From positions 990,001 through 1,022,000 of the forward strand of contig NC_014972.1 in NCBI RefSeq assembly GCF_000186885.1: a stretch of DNA of 32,000 nt, read 5' to 3'. This DNA is from Desulfobulbus propionicus DSM 2032 (GTDB taxonomy: Bacteria > Desulfobacterota > Desulfobulbia > Desulfobulbales > Desulfobulbaceae). Positions 20,434 through 29,640 of the stretch are shown piece by piece (within the stretch, counting starts at the first letter, position 1; every line of letters starts with the position of its first letter). Under the pieces are notes generated by a model. The model made no database searches. It had not been told where the DNA came from and saw only the letters and a list, made by a program, of their open reading frames with translations. Made by a program: the position numbers and the translations under genes.

Positions 20434-21405
20434 TCAACGGCCGGGCATGGGCGCAAACTCCGCCGGCACCCAGGTATAGCTGCCGCTGCCCTCGGCGCGG
20501 ACATGGCCGATACCCGGGAAGGGCAGGTGCATGCCGGCGACCAGGGTCCGGCTGTTCGCCATTTCCGCCATCAGGGCCTTGCGGGTGGCGATGGCCTGCT
20601 GTTGGTCAACATCGAATTCGATGGACACCTCCGGATGGGCGAACTGGACCGCATGGGCGTGGACCACGTCGCCCCAGATGAGCAGCTTCTGTCCGTCGGA
20701 TTCCACCGCATAGGCGGTATGACCGGGCGTGTGGCCGCTGGCCGTGACCGCCCGGATGCCGGGCACCAGCACCGTGCCCGCGGCAAAGGTGTTCCACCGG
20801 CCGTTGGCCTGGTAGGGGGCGGCGATGTCGCGGGCTAGCGTGAAGGCGGCCCGTTTCGCTTCCGGCGCGCTTGCCGCCGTCTGTTCGTTCAGCCAGTAGT
20901 CGTTGTCCGCCTGGGCGACCCACACCTTGGCCTTGGCGAACAGCGGTTGGCCGTGCTCGTCGTTCAGGCCGCCGAGGTGGTCGCCGTGCATGTGGGTGAG
21001 CAGGACCACATCCACCTGCTCCGGGGTATGGCCGCTGGCTTCCAGGTTCGGGCGAATACAACCGAGGTTTGGGCCAAAGAGGGTGCCGGCCCCGGTATCA
21101 ATCAGCACCAGTTGTTCGCCGGTGTTGACCAGATAGGCGTTGACCGCGGTCTGCATCTTGGGATTGCCGACAAACATCCTGGCGAGCAGGGTATCGAGAT
21201 CGGCCGCGTCGACATTGTGGAGCAGCTTGGTGTCGAGTTGAATGGCGCCATCAAAGAGGGCGGTGATCTCAAAACGGCCCAACTGCATGCGATAATAGCC
21301 GGGCACCTGGCTGCCGACCTGTGGTGCCTGGGCCTGGACGATTGCGGGCATGGTGAAGAGCTGGGAAGCAAGAGCGACAACAACGAAGAGCAGCGATCTG
21401 AACAT
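20434..21405 (-). CDS. Exported metallo-beta-lactamase-fold hydrolase
   Basis: ATG at 21405 with AAGGAGG upstream; signal peptide MFRSLLFVVVALASQLFTMPAIVQAQA; LIDTGAG, THMHGDHLGG (HxHxDH), SGHTPGHTAY, WGDVVHA. Confidence 0.88.
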   Translation of the reverse strand: MFRSLLFVVVALASQLFTMPAIVQAQAPQVGSQVPGYYRMQLGRFEITALFDGAIQLDTKLLHNVDAADLDTLLARMFVGNPKMQTAVNAYLVNTGEQLVLIDTGAGTLFGPNLGCIRPNLEASGHTPEQVDVVLLTHMHGDHLGGLNDEHGQPLFAKAKVWVAQADNDYWLNEQTAASAPEAKRAAFTLARDIAAPYQANGRWNTFAAGTVLVPGIRAVTASGHTPGHTAYAVESDGQKLLIWGDVVHAHAVQFAHPEVSIEFDVDQQQAIATRKALMAEMANSRTLVAGMHLPFPGIGHVRAEGSGSYTWVPAEFAPMPGR

Positions 21406-21493
21406 GACATCCTCCTTGAACGAGAAGTGACAAGTGTACCTTTCAGTATAAGCACTTGAACAGGAAGAGGAGCCGGTCACCGATGAAAAAAAC

Positions 21494-24400
21494 TCACCCC
21501 TCCCGAATCAACCGCAGCAGGTCGTCGGCGGAGAGGCTGGCGCTGGTGTCGGTTGCGTCGAGCAGGCTGTCGGCCAGGTCGCGTTTTTCGGCATGGAGGC
21601 GCACGATCTTCTCCTCGATGGTCTGCTGCGCCACCAGGCGGTAGACGGTCACCGGCCGCTGCTGGCCGATGCGGTGCGCCCGGTCCGAGGCCTGGTCCTC
21701 CACCGCCGGATTCCACCAGGGATCCATGTGGATGACATAGTCGGCGGCGGTCAGATTCAGTCCCAGGCCGCCGGCCTTGAGGCTGATGAGAAAGAGATCG
21801 CCCTGGCCGGCCTGGAAGGCCTCGACCTCGCGCTGCCGTTCCTTGGGCGGAGTCGAGCCGTCGAGATAACGGTACGGAATGGCACGCGCATCGAGATATT
21901 CGCGGATCAGGGCCAGGTGGCCGACGAACTGGCTGAACACCAGGGCCTTGTGGCCGTTGTCGAGCAGTTCCGCCACCACCTCGCCGAAGAGGGCGAGCTT
22001 GGCGCCGGCGATCGTGCTGTCGGCCTGGAGCAGGCGCGGGTGGCAACAGGCCTGGCGCAAGCGGGTGATCTCGGCCAGGATGCGCATCGGCTTCTGCCCG
22101 TTTGTCCCTTGCTCGGCGTCGATCCGCTCCAGGGCCTGTTGGCGCAGGGCCTCGTAGAAGGCCGTTTCCTCCGGGCTCAGTTCCACCCGGAGTACCACCT
22201 CGGTCCGTGGCGGCAGTTCTTCGAGCACCTGGGATTTGAGCCGGCGGAGGATAAAGGGCTGTACCAATTTTTTCAGCCGGCGGGCGACCTCGCGGTCGTT
22301 GTGCCGTTCGATCGGCGCGGCGAAGCGGGTGGTGAATCGTTCCCGGGAGCCGAGCAGGCCAGGGTTGATGAAGTTGAACAGGGTCCAGAACTCGCCCAGA
22401 TGATTCTCGATCGGCGTGCCGGTGGTCACGACCCTGAATCGGGCCTGGAGGTGCATGGCCGCCTGCGAGCGCTTGGTGGCGGCGTTCTTGATCGCCTGGG
22501 CCTCGTCCAACACCACGGTCTGCCACTGGACCGCGGTGAGCAGGTGCGATTCCTGGTGGAGCAGGCCGTAGCTGGCCACGACGAGATCGAAGGGGCCAAG
22601 ATGGGCGATTTGATTCTGGCGATCGGTGCCGCCGAAGGGAATGCCGTTGAGGGTGGGGGCAAAGCGCCTGGCCTCGGCCAGCCAGTTGGCGCAGACCGAG
22701 GTGGGGGCAATCACCAGGGTCGGTCCCTGGGGCGCCTGGTGGAGAATGGCGGCCAGGGTCTGCACCGTCTTGCCCAGCCCCATGTCGTCGGCCAGGCAGG
22801 CACCCAACCCCAGATGCGCCAGACGGGCCAGCCAGTGGAAGCCGTCGCGCTGGTAGTCGCGCAGTTGGGCCTTGAGGGTCGAGGGCGGTTGCGGCGTCTG
22901 GGCCAGTCCCTCGCGGAGGCGCGAGATCCGTTCAAACCACTGGGGAGCGGCATCCAGTTCGCCGACCTGATGGGTGAACTCCTCCAGGGCCAGGGCGGCC
23001 AAGGGATGGACGCCGATCTTTTTGCCCCGTTTGTCGGCATAAGCGGCCAGCTCATCGAGCCGTTTGCGCAGCTCGTGGGACAGGGCGACAAACTCGCCGT
23101 CGCCCAGGGGCAGAAAACGGTGCGGGGTGGTCTGCACCAGGTCGAGCAACTGCTTGATGTTCAGCACCCGCTCCTGGTCCACCCGCAGTTCGCCCTCGAC
23201 CTCGAACCAGTTGTCGGCACTGCCCAGCCGCAAGCGCATGTTGGCACAGGACACCGGGGGGCCGACCTTGAGTTTCTCGCCCTCGGGCCACTCCACCAGG
23301 GCGTCGCCGTGTTCCTGCCGTTCCCGCAATTCCAGCAGCACCTGCAGGGCCTCCTCGGGCGACTCGGCAAACCACTGGCCGTCCAGCTCGGACAAGGCGG
23401 CAAGGCTGGGCAGGCTGCGCACCAAGGCCGCGGCCCGGGCCCTTTCCTCCTGCAGGTTGCGCTCCGTCTGGCATTTGCGATCTTCAACGTCGGCCATCAG
23501 ATTTTTTGCTCCCTGGCCGGCTTTGAGGTAAGGGCCGCCATTGCCCAGTGGCCTGACAAAGACCTCCAGGCGAAACCCCTCGCCGTGGGGCAGGAGATGG
23601 ACGCGGGGGCGGGGATCGGCCGGGATGGCGGTCACCGCGTGGGCCGTTCCGGGAATGGTCGAGTGGACCGTGACCAGGGAGGCCATCGAGGCCAGCACCG
23701 GGGCCACCTCGTCCATGGCCGACGCCGGCAGGGTCAGGCCTTTGGCGCCAAGAATCCGGGCCAGGCGATGGTGGGCCTCGGTGCATTCGACCACCCGATA
23801 GCGGCTGGGCGTTTCCCGCACCAACGCGTAGCGTTCCTCGCTCCCCACGTCGGGCGAGAAGCGGATCACCATATCCTTGCCCTTGCCCACCACCAGGATC
23901 TCCGGCTCGCCCTTGAGCACTTCCACCGGTGTGGTCAGCGCATCGGCGAGGAAGAGCAGGGGATGGCCGATCAGAGCAGGCAGGGCCTGCTTGAGGTTGA
24001 AGGCGTAGTGATGGCTGCCGTAATAGGCGTCCACCCGCCGGATGGCAGCGCGCAGGGGGTGATCGGCCTCGGTCAGGCCGTCGAGCTTGTCGCCGCTGAC
24101 CAGTCGTTGCAGGGCGATGGGCCGTCCCTTGGTCCAGACGCCCTTGGCGCTGAGTTTTTGCTCCAGCGGACTGATTTCGGCAAGTGCCCCGGTGGCGGCA
24201 AAGCGCAGCAGATAGACGATGCGGTTGCGCGGCCCATGCCCGCCTTCCGTGTTCGGTTTGTCCGCGCCTTCGGCCGCCATGCGCAGGGCGCGCAGGCTCT
24301 TGCGCCAGGGCACCTCGACCTCGATGCCCGCCGTCAGCGGAACCAGGCCCAGGGTCTCGCGGGTGGCGCGAACATACTCCCGGCGGCTGGTTGTCTCCTT

Positions 24401-25837
24401 GTCGGCCCGGCAGAGCAGCTGGGCGTACTCCAGGGCCAGCCAGTCGAATCCTGCCTCGCGGGCGCGCTCAAACGACTGGTTGAGGAGAGTGATGTCCTTG
24501 CGGGCGAGGCGGCCGTCAATGGAAAACAGGGCCATGCCGACCAGGAGGGGGCCGAGCGCGCCCTCGATTTTGCTTCTCTTCTCGGTGTAGGGGCGCAGCG
24601 GCCGGCGAGCGGCCTCGGCGGAAAGTCCGCTCTGGCTGCCGAGCATGGCCTCGATGGAGGCCAGGCCAACGGCTATGGAGTTGACCGGCTCGCTGCGGCG
24701 CAGGGCTTGGTCGAGATAGACGCCGGCCTTGCCAAGGCTGGCGGCGTCACCCTTGCGCAGCAGGGCCAGGAGGAAAAAGGGGGTCAGGTCGGAGCTGAGA
24801 AGGGCGGCGCGTTTGCGCTGTCGTTTTCGCAATTCCTTGAGATCGGATTCAAAAAGCTCCAGCGCCTCGTCGATCCGGCCTTCGATCAGGGCAATCCAGC
24901 CGCCGAATCCAAAAGCGTAGTTGGCGGTGTCGCGCCGCATCTCTTCAATGCACTGGCGCGCCTGGGCGGTCTGCCCGCTGAGGATGTGCTGGTGGATCAG
25001 GTAGTAGAGCAGCGTCACCCGGTCGCCTGGGGAAGCCGCCGCCCGCAGGGCCGGATCACAGGCGAGCTTCCACGCCTCCGGCTCTGCTTCCAGATAAAAA
25101 AACGAGTGGGAAAGGATGAGGGTGAGGAGCTGGATCTGACGTGCGGCGGGCAGGGTTGTACACCAAACAGGGTCAAAGGGGTTGGCGACCAAGCGGACCA
25201 GCGGATGAATGAACGGCTGGTGTTCGCAGCAGTGGGAGAGCAGGGTGTCGGTTAGGGCGGCAAGGCTCGATGCGTCGTCGCCGTAGTACAGGGCAATGCG
25301 CAACTCGCGTTGGGTCCGGCTGCAGGCGGCGGTCAGTTGGCGGCCCATGAAGGAATACGACGTGGTTGGTGCGGGCAGCACCGAGCGGACAGCGGTGATA
25401 ATCGACCAGGCCAGGAAGACAGGAACCGGCAGCGGCTGCGGTTTGGGAGCGCGGGTTTTGACACCGCTGCGGTTGGGGATAACGCGTTTCTTGGCCGTTT
25501 CCACGGTCTGCGGCAGTGGCGTGATTGTACTCTGTTTGTCGGCAAACAGCCTGCGGACAACCACCTCGACGATCAGCTCGTTGATCAGATTGTGCTCGTC
25601 GATAAGCCCCAGAGTTCGCAGGCGACGCAACTGCGGGGCCAAGGATGTAAGGGGGGGACCGTCGGTTTCGTCGTTCAAGGGCAGGCCGGCTTGGGTGCAG
25701 AGCGTACACACCGTGGCATTGGCCACAGGTTCGGCGGCTACCGCCAGGACGTACAGCACGGAGCGTTCCAGGGGGGAGAGTCGGTTAATCTGTTCCAACA
25801 ACTTGGCGCGGTCGGCGTCTCGATGTGGGGGCGACAT
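21494..25837 (-). CDS. Large SNF2-family DNA-dependent ATPase with long N-terminal extension (winged-helix-like and helical/TPR-like regions)
   Basis: 1447 aa. C-terminal ~460 aa has LRDYQRDGFHWL, DDMGLGKTVQ, VVLDEAQAIKN, TTGTPIENHLGEFW, KALVFSQF, LISLKAGGLGLNLTAADYVIHMDPWWNPAVEDQASDRAHRIGQ. The first ~985 aa match no family I can name with confidence. Confidence 0.93.
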   Translation of the reverse strand: MSPPHRDADRAKLLEQINRLSPLERSVLYVLAVAAEPVANATVCTLCTQAGLPLNDETDGPPLTSLAPQLRRLRTLGLIDEHNLINELIVEVVVRRLFADKQSTITPLPQTVETAKKRVIPNRSGVKTRAPKPQPLPVPVFLAWSIITAVRSVLPAPTTSYSFMGRQLTAACSRTQRELRIALYYGDDASSLAALTDTLLSHCCEHQPFIHPLVRLVANPFDPVWCTTLPAARQIQLLTLILSHSFFYLEAEPEAWKLACDPALRAAASPGDRVTLLYYLIHQHILSGQTAQARQCIEEMRRDTANYAFGFGGWIALIEGRIDEALELFESDLKELRKRQRKRAALLSSDLTPFFLLALLRKGDAASLGKAGVYLDQALRRSEPVNSIAVGLASIEAMLGSQSGLSAEAARRPLRPYTEKRSKIEGALGPLLVGMALFSIDGRLARKDITLLNQSFERAREAGFDWLALEYAQLLCRADKETTSRREYVRATRETLGLVPLTAGIEVEVPWRKSLRALRMAAEGADKPNTEGGHGPRNRIVYLLRFAATGALAEISPLEQKLSAKGVWTKGRPIALQRLVSGDKLDGLTEADHPLRAAIRRVDAYYGSHHYAFNLKQALPALIGHPLLFLADALTTPVEVLKGEPEILVVGKGKDMVIRFSPDVGSEERYALVRETPSRYRVVECTEAHHRLARILGAKGLTLPASAMDEVAPVLASMASLVTVHSTIPGTAHAVTAIPADPRPRVHLLPHGEGFRLEVFVRPLGNGGPYLKAGQGAKNLMADVEDRKCQTERNLQEERARAAALVRSLPSLAALSELDGQWFAESPEEALQVLLELRERQEHGDALVEWPEGEKLKVGPPVSCANMRLRLGSADNWFEVEGELRVDQERVLNIKQLLDLVQTTPHRFLPLGDGEFVALSHELRKRLDELAAYADKRGKKIGVHPLAALALEEFTHQVGELDAAPQWFERISRLREGLAQTPQPPSTLKAQLRDYQRDGFHWLARLAHLGLGACLADDMGLGKTVQTLAAILHQAPQGPTLVIAPTSVCANWLAEARRFAPTLNGIPFGGTDRQNQIAHLGPFDLVVASYGLLHQESHLLTAVQWQTVVLDEAQAIKNAATKRSQAAMHLQARFRVVTTGTPIENHLGEFWTLFNFINPGLLGSRERFTTRFAAPIERHNDREVARRLKKLVQPFILRRLKSQVLEELPPRTEVVLRVELSPEETAFYEALRQQALERIDAEQGTNGQKPMRILAEITRLRQACCHPRLLQADSTIAGAKLALFGEVVAELLDNGHKALVFSQFVGHLALIREYLDARAIPYRYLDGSTPPKERQREVEAFQAGQGDLFLISLKAGGLGLNLTAADYVIHMDPWWNPAVEDQASDRAHRIGQQRPVTVYRLVAQQTIEEKIVRLHAEKRDLADSLLDATDTSASLSADDLLRLIREG

Positions 25838-25886
25838 GGGCGGCTCAGGGAGAGAGGGGATGGTTGCAGCCTTTCAACAACCGCAG

Positions 25887-26723
25887 CTAGCGGAGGATAA
25901 AGCCCAGGACCTTGAGATTCTTGGCCCACGGACCCCAGGGGCCGGATTCGAACGAGGCGGTCATGCGCCGGGGATCAAACAACACCGTGGCATCCTGGTC
26001 CAGATGGCATTGGCGGTCGTAGTTGGTGTGGCTGATGCGCAGGGTCCAGGTGCCATCGGGATTGTTACGCACCTCTTCGACATAGGCGGGATGACCGGTG
26101 GGCATGTTGCGGCCTGTGTTGGCGTCGAGGACGATCACCGAGCCGGCGGCGGGCATGGCCGAGGTGGCGCTGTTGGCGCGGGCGCAGGCAAACCACTGGA
26201 CCGGACTGGTGTTGCCCAGTCGGCAGGTGGTGATCCCGGTGCGGCAGCGGGCATAGATCAGGCTCTGCGGCTGACAGAGACCGACGGTCCTGGTGGTGAC
26301 GACCCGGGTCGTGGCGGCGGCCGCCTTTTTTTTCTGTTTGACCGCCACCTTGGCGGCCTTGCCTTTGGTCGTCTTTCCGGCGGTTTTCTTGCTTGCTTTG
26401 TTCGATGGACGGCTTTGTTTGACCGTCTTTTTGACCACCATCGTTTTCGCCGGCCGCAGATGGTAGCAGGCATCCCGGTTGCGCTCGCTGTTGAGGAGCT
26501 GTTCCGGGGAGGCGCAGACCGGGGACGCGCTCGCCTCCCTTGCCGCCTCGCCCGCCGTGCTGGCGGCAGCGGCCGGATCGGTGGCGTCGGCGGTGGGCCG
26601 ATGCGCCTGCGTCGGCGGCGATTGCTGCGTGGCCGCGGAGTGTTTGGTCGGCGAGCAGCCGGCGCAGAAAAGCAGGAGGGCGCTGGCTAGGAACAGGGCT
26701 GTATTGAGAGCGGATCGGTGCAT
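25887..26723 (-). CDS. Lipoprotein with Lys-rich low-complexity linker and C-terminal CHAP-like domain
   Basis: 278 aa. Lipobox-like LLLFCAGC; Lys-rich stretch KKTVKQSRPSNKASKKTAGKTTKGKAAKVAVKQKKK; C-terminal SLIYARCRTGI...AGSVIVLD...GHPAYVEEV...RISHTNYD, which resembles CHAP peptidoglycan-hydrolase folds. Confidence 0.65.
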   Translation of the reverse strand: MHRSALNTALFLASALLLFCAGCSPTKHSAATQQSPPTQAHRPTADATDPAAAASTAGEAAREASASPVCASPEQLLNSERNRDACYHLRPAKTMVVKKTVKQSRPSNKASKKTAGKTTKGKAAKVAVKQKKKAAAATTRVVTTRTVGLCQPQSLIYARCRTGITTCRLGNTSPVQWFACARANSATSAMPAAGSVIVLDANTGRNMPTGHPAYVEEVRNNPDGTWTLRISHTNYDRQCHLDQDATVLFDPRRMTASFESGPWGPWAKNLKVLGFILR

Positions 26724-26738
26724 GGGATTCTCCGGCGG

Positions 26739-27602
26739 TTAGAAAGTGGTGACGGTCTGCTGCGGGGGGCAGGACGCTTCCTGCCCAGTGCATTTTCGGC
26801 AGATGGGCAGGCGGTATTCGCCGTTTCTGAGCTGTTTCCGGATCGCCCGGTATCGGGGGCTGAACCAGATATCGAGAAACTTGTCGGTGCGGATGTTGCC
26901 GAAGACCACCGAGCTCAGATAATCGTGGCAGCAGAGGATCACGTTGCCGGCGTAATCGATGGCCACCGGATTGCCGGGATCGGTGCAGCGGGGAACGGTG
27001 TTGACCCTGGCCGGTTGGATGAGGCCGCCGCGATTGTACAGCGGTGTATCCGCGTCGAAGCGGTTGTAGCGGATCCTGGCCAACAGCTTGTCGTTGTTTT
27101 CCAAATGGGCAAACAGGGCCTGCATGTTGTTGCTCATCGATTCGCCGTGCTGGGTAATGGAAAATTTGTCGACTCCGGCCTCGATCAGGGCATGGAAGGT
27201 GTCCACGGTCAGGGCATCGCCGTTGGAGATGAGGACGATATGAACCTTGGGCAGCTTCGCCCTGGTGTAGGCCATCAGCGGGATGAGTCGGGGGTCGAGC
27301 AGCGGTTCGCCGTACAGCTGGGGGCTGAGCCGTCCCCTGAAGTTGATGGTGGCCAGCTCGTCGATCAGCTTATGGTACAGGGCCTCGTCCATGCGCTGTT
27401 CGTTTTTGATCAGCCCCCGCTCGAACACACTGTTGGGGCAGTAGGCGCAGCGCCTGTTGCACGAGGTGTTGATCTCGATGTTGAAATCGCTGAAAAAATC
27501 CCAGTGGCCGTAGCGAACGGAAAATTTGATGAAATAACGGATCCACTTCAGGCGGTTGGCCAGCGTTGGCTGCAGGCGGGGGGAGGGGCATGGTTGGTTC
27601 AT
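26739..27602 (-). CDS. Radical SAM protein with SPASM-like C-terminal Cys cluster
   Basis: 287 aa. FNIEINTSCNRRCAYCPNS (CxxxCxxC), GEPLLDPRL, ISNGDALT, and C-terminal CTDPGN...DYAGNVILCCHDY...GNIRTDKFLDIWFS...CRKCTG. Confidence 0.88.
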   Translation of the reverse strand: MNQPCPSPRLQPTLANRLKWIRYFIKFSVRYGHWDFFSDFNIEINTSCNRRCAYCPNSVFERGLIKNEQRMDEALYHKLIDELATINFRGRLSPQLYGEPLLDPRLIPLMAYTRAKLPKVHIVLISNGDALTVDTFHALIEAGVDKFSITQHGESMSNNMQALFAHLENNDKLLARIRYNRFDADTPLYNRGGLIQPARVNTVPRCTDPGNPVAIDYAGNVILCCHDYLSSVVFGNIRTDKFLDIWFSPRYRAIRKQLRNGEYRLPICRKCTGQEASCPPQQTVTTF

Positions 27603-27730
27603 GGCTTGGTGTCGTCCTGGGGGAGTGGTGATGGTGCAAAGTGCGCTGTTGTGTCCGCGGCGCCCCGGGCGGCATGACCCGATGCCGATCGCCGCATCGT
27701 CGGCCGTTGAGTTGTTGGCTCCGGCCGGGG

Positions 27731-28405
27731 TTATCGCAGGCTGCCGTCGACCAGGGTGAGACAGCGATCCATGGCCCGGGCCAACTCCATGTTGTGGGTG
27801 ACCATGACCACCGCCAGACCGAGGCTGGCACTGAGTTCGCGCAGCAGGGCGAAAACCCGGGTGCCGCTGGCGGAATCGAGGTTGCCGGTGGGCTCGTCGG
27901 CCAGCAACAGGGCCGGTTCCATCACCAGGGCGCGGGCCAGGGCGACCCGCTGCTGTTCGCCGCCGGACAGCTCGCCGCTGCGATGCTCGAGTCGCTCGCC
28001 CAATCCCACCCGCTCAAGCAGCTCCTGGGCCTTGTCCTTGAGCACCGAGCGCGGCCGGCCGTTGATCAATCCCGGCATCATCACGTTTTCCAGGGCGGAG
28101 AACTCGGGCAGCAGGTGGTGGAATTGGAAGATAAAGCCGATACGGGTGTTGCGGTGGCCGGCCAGTTCCGGCTCGCTCTTGCCGGTCAGTTCGGTGCCGT
28201 CAAAGACGATGTGGCCGGCGTCGGGCACATCCAGGGTGCCGAGAATCTGCAGCAGGGTAGTCTTGCCCGAACCCGAGGCGCCGATGATCGCGGTCATCTC
28301 GCCGGGCTGCACCGAGAGATCGACCTCCTTGAGCACGGTGATGGTGTCCTGTCCGCTCAGGTACGATTTACACAGGCCCGTGGCCTGAAGCAGCGGCTTA
28401 TTCAT
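27731..28405 (-). CDS. lolD: Lipoprotein-releasing ABC transporter ATP-binding protein
   Basis: 224 aa. GASGSGKTTLLQILGTLD (Walker A), LSGGEQQRVALARAL (signature), LLLADEPTGNLD (Walker B); adjacent to and overlapping the lolC/E permease gene. Confidence 0.93.
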   Translation of the reverse strand: MNKPLLQATGLCKSYLSGQDTITVLKEVDLSVQPGEMTAIIGASGSGKTTLLQILGTLDVPDAGHIVFDGTELTGKSEPELAGHRNTRIGFIFQFHHLLPEFSALENVMMPGLINGRPRSVLKDKAQELLERVGLGERLEHRSGELSGGEQQRVALARALVMEPALLLADEPTGNLDSASGTRVFALLRELSASLGLAVVMVTHNMELARAMDRCLTLVDGSLR

Positions 28406-29624
28406 AGCTCAGGGCCTCGGCCGGACGAATGCGCGATGCCTTCCACGAGGGGTAGAGGGTCGCGGCCAGGGTGATGACGATGGCGGAGATGAGGATGACG
28501 CCCACGTCAAACGGCACCACCTTGATCGGCATGGTGGACATGGGATAGACATCCGGCGGCAGTTCGATGATCTTGTAGCGCTTGAGCAGGGCGCAGAGGC
28601 CCAAGCCCCCGGCCAGGCCGATGACCGTGCCCGAAAGGCCGATCACCATGCCCTGGTAGAAGAAGATGCGCATGATCGAGCGGGTGGTGGCGCCCATGGA
28701 TTTGAGGATGGCGATGTCGCGGTTTTTTTCCATCACCACCATGGTCAGGGCGCTGATGATGTTCAGTGCCGCCACCAGGATGATCAGGTTGAGAGCGATG
28801 AAGATGCCGGTCTTTTCCAGCTTGAGGGCGGCAAACATGTTCTGATTGAGGCGCATCCAGTCACGCACCGAATAGCCGCTGCCCAGGGCCTGCTGGACAG
28901 CCTGGGCTGTCCGGTCGGCTTGGTCGATGTCCGCGACCCGGATCTCGATGCCATGCACCCCCTGGCGCAGGTCGGTGAGGCTGCGGGCGGTGTCGAGACT
29001 GATGTAGCCGATGGTCGAGTCATACTCGGACATGCCGGTGTGGAAGATGCCCACCACCAGGCAGGTGCGGATCTTGGGCAGCACCCCCATGGGCGAGAGC
29101 GGCCCGTTGGGCGACATCAAGCGCACCCGGTCGCCCACGCCCACTTGCAGCTGGCGGGCCATGTCGCGGCCCAGGACAATGGCCGGCACCTCCAGGGGCT
29201 GGTCGAGGTCGGTCAGCGCCCCGGCCTGCATCTTTTGACCGATGCTGAGCACCCGCAGGGCGCTGGCGGCATCGATACCGCGCAGAAACACGCCGGTGGA
29301 CTGGCTGCTGGAACTGATCAGGGCCTGGCCGTTGATGAACGGCGTGGTGGCCGCAACCCCTTCCACGGCCTGAATCCGTGCAGTCACCTCCTCGGTGTCG
29401 GCAATGGGGCCGCCGAAGCGCTGGACCAGGGCATGGGCGTTGACGCCGATAATCTGATCACGCAGTCCCTCGGTGAATCCGGTCCACACCGACAGGACCA
29501 CGATCAGGGCCAGGACTCCAACCGCCACCCCGAGGATGGAAATGACGGTGATCAGGGAGATGAATTTCTGTTTACGTTTGGCCCGCAGGTAGCGCAGGCT
29601 GACGAACCATTCAAAGGCGGCCAT
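28398..29624 (-). CDS. lolC: Lipoprotein-releasing ABC transporter permease (LolC/LolE family)
   Basis: 408 aa. FVSLRYLRAKRKQKFISLITVISILGVAVGVLALIVVLSV, C-terminal FtsX-like segments, IRPAEALSYE terminus; overlaps lolD. Confidence 0.88.
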   Translation of the reverse strand: MAAFEWFVSLRYLRAKRKQKFISLITVISILGVAVGVLALIVVLSVWTGFTEGLRDQIIGVNAHALVQRFGGPIADTEEVTARIQAVEGVAATTPFINGQALISSSSQSTGVFLRGIDAASALRVLSIGQKMQAGALTDLDQPLEVPAIVLGRDMARQLQVGVGDRVRLMSPNGPLSPMGVLPKIRTCLVVGIFHTGMSEYDSTIGYISLDTARSLTDLRQGVHGIEIRVADIDQADRTAQAVQQALGSGYSVRDWMRLNQNMFAALKLEKTGIFIALNLIILVAALNIISALTMVVMEKNRDIAILKSMGATTRSIMRIFFYQGMVIGLSGTVIGLAGGLGLCALLKRYKIIELPPDVYPMSTMPIKVVPFDVGVILISAIVITLAATLYPSWKASRIRPAEALSYE

Positions 29625-29640
29625 GCGGCGGTCGACCGGA

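Noticed and set aside
21593-25255. 1220-aa ORF on + strand
   Set aside because: Lies entirely opposite the SNF2-family gene, whose motifs are unambiguous. Composition is typical of third-position GC mirror ORFs.
21494-27602. Assigning the SNF2 neighbourhood to DISARM or another named defence system
   Set aside because: No DNA methyltransferase, phospholipase D-like, DUF1998 or restriction nuclease gene accompanies it in the window, so no named system is supported.
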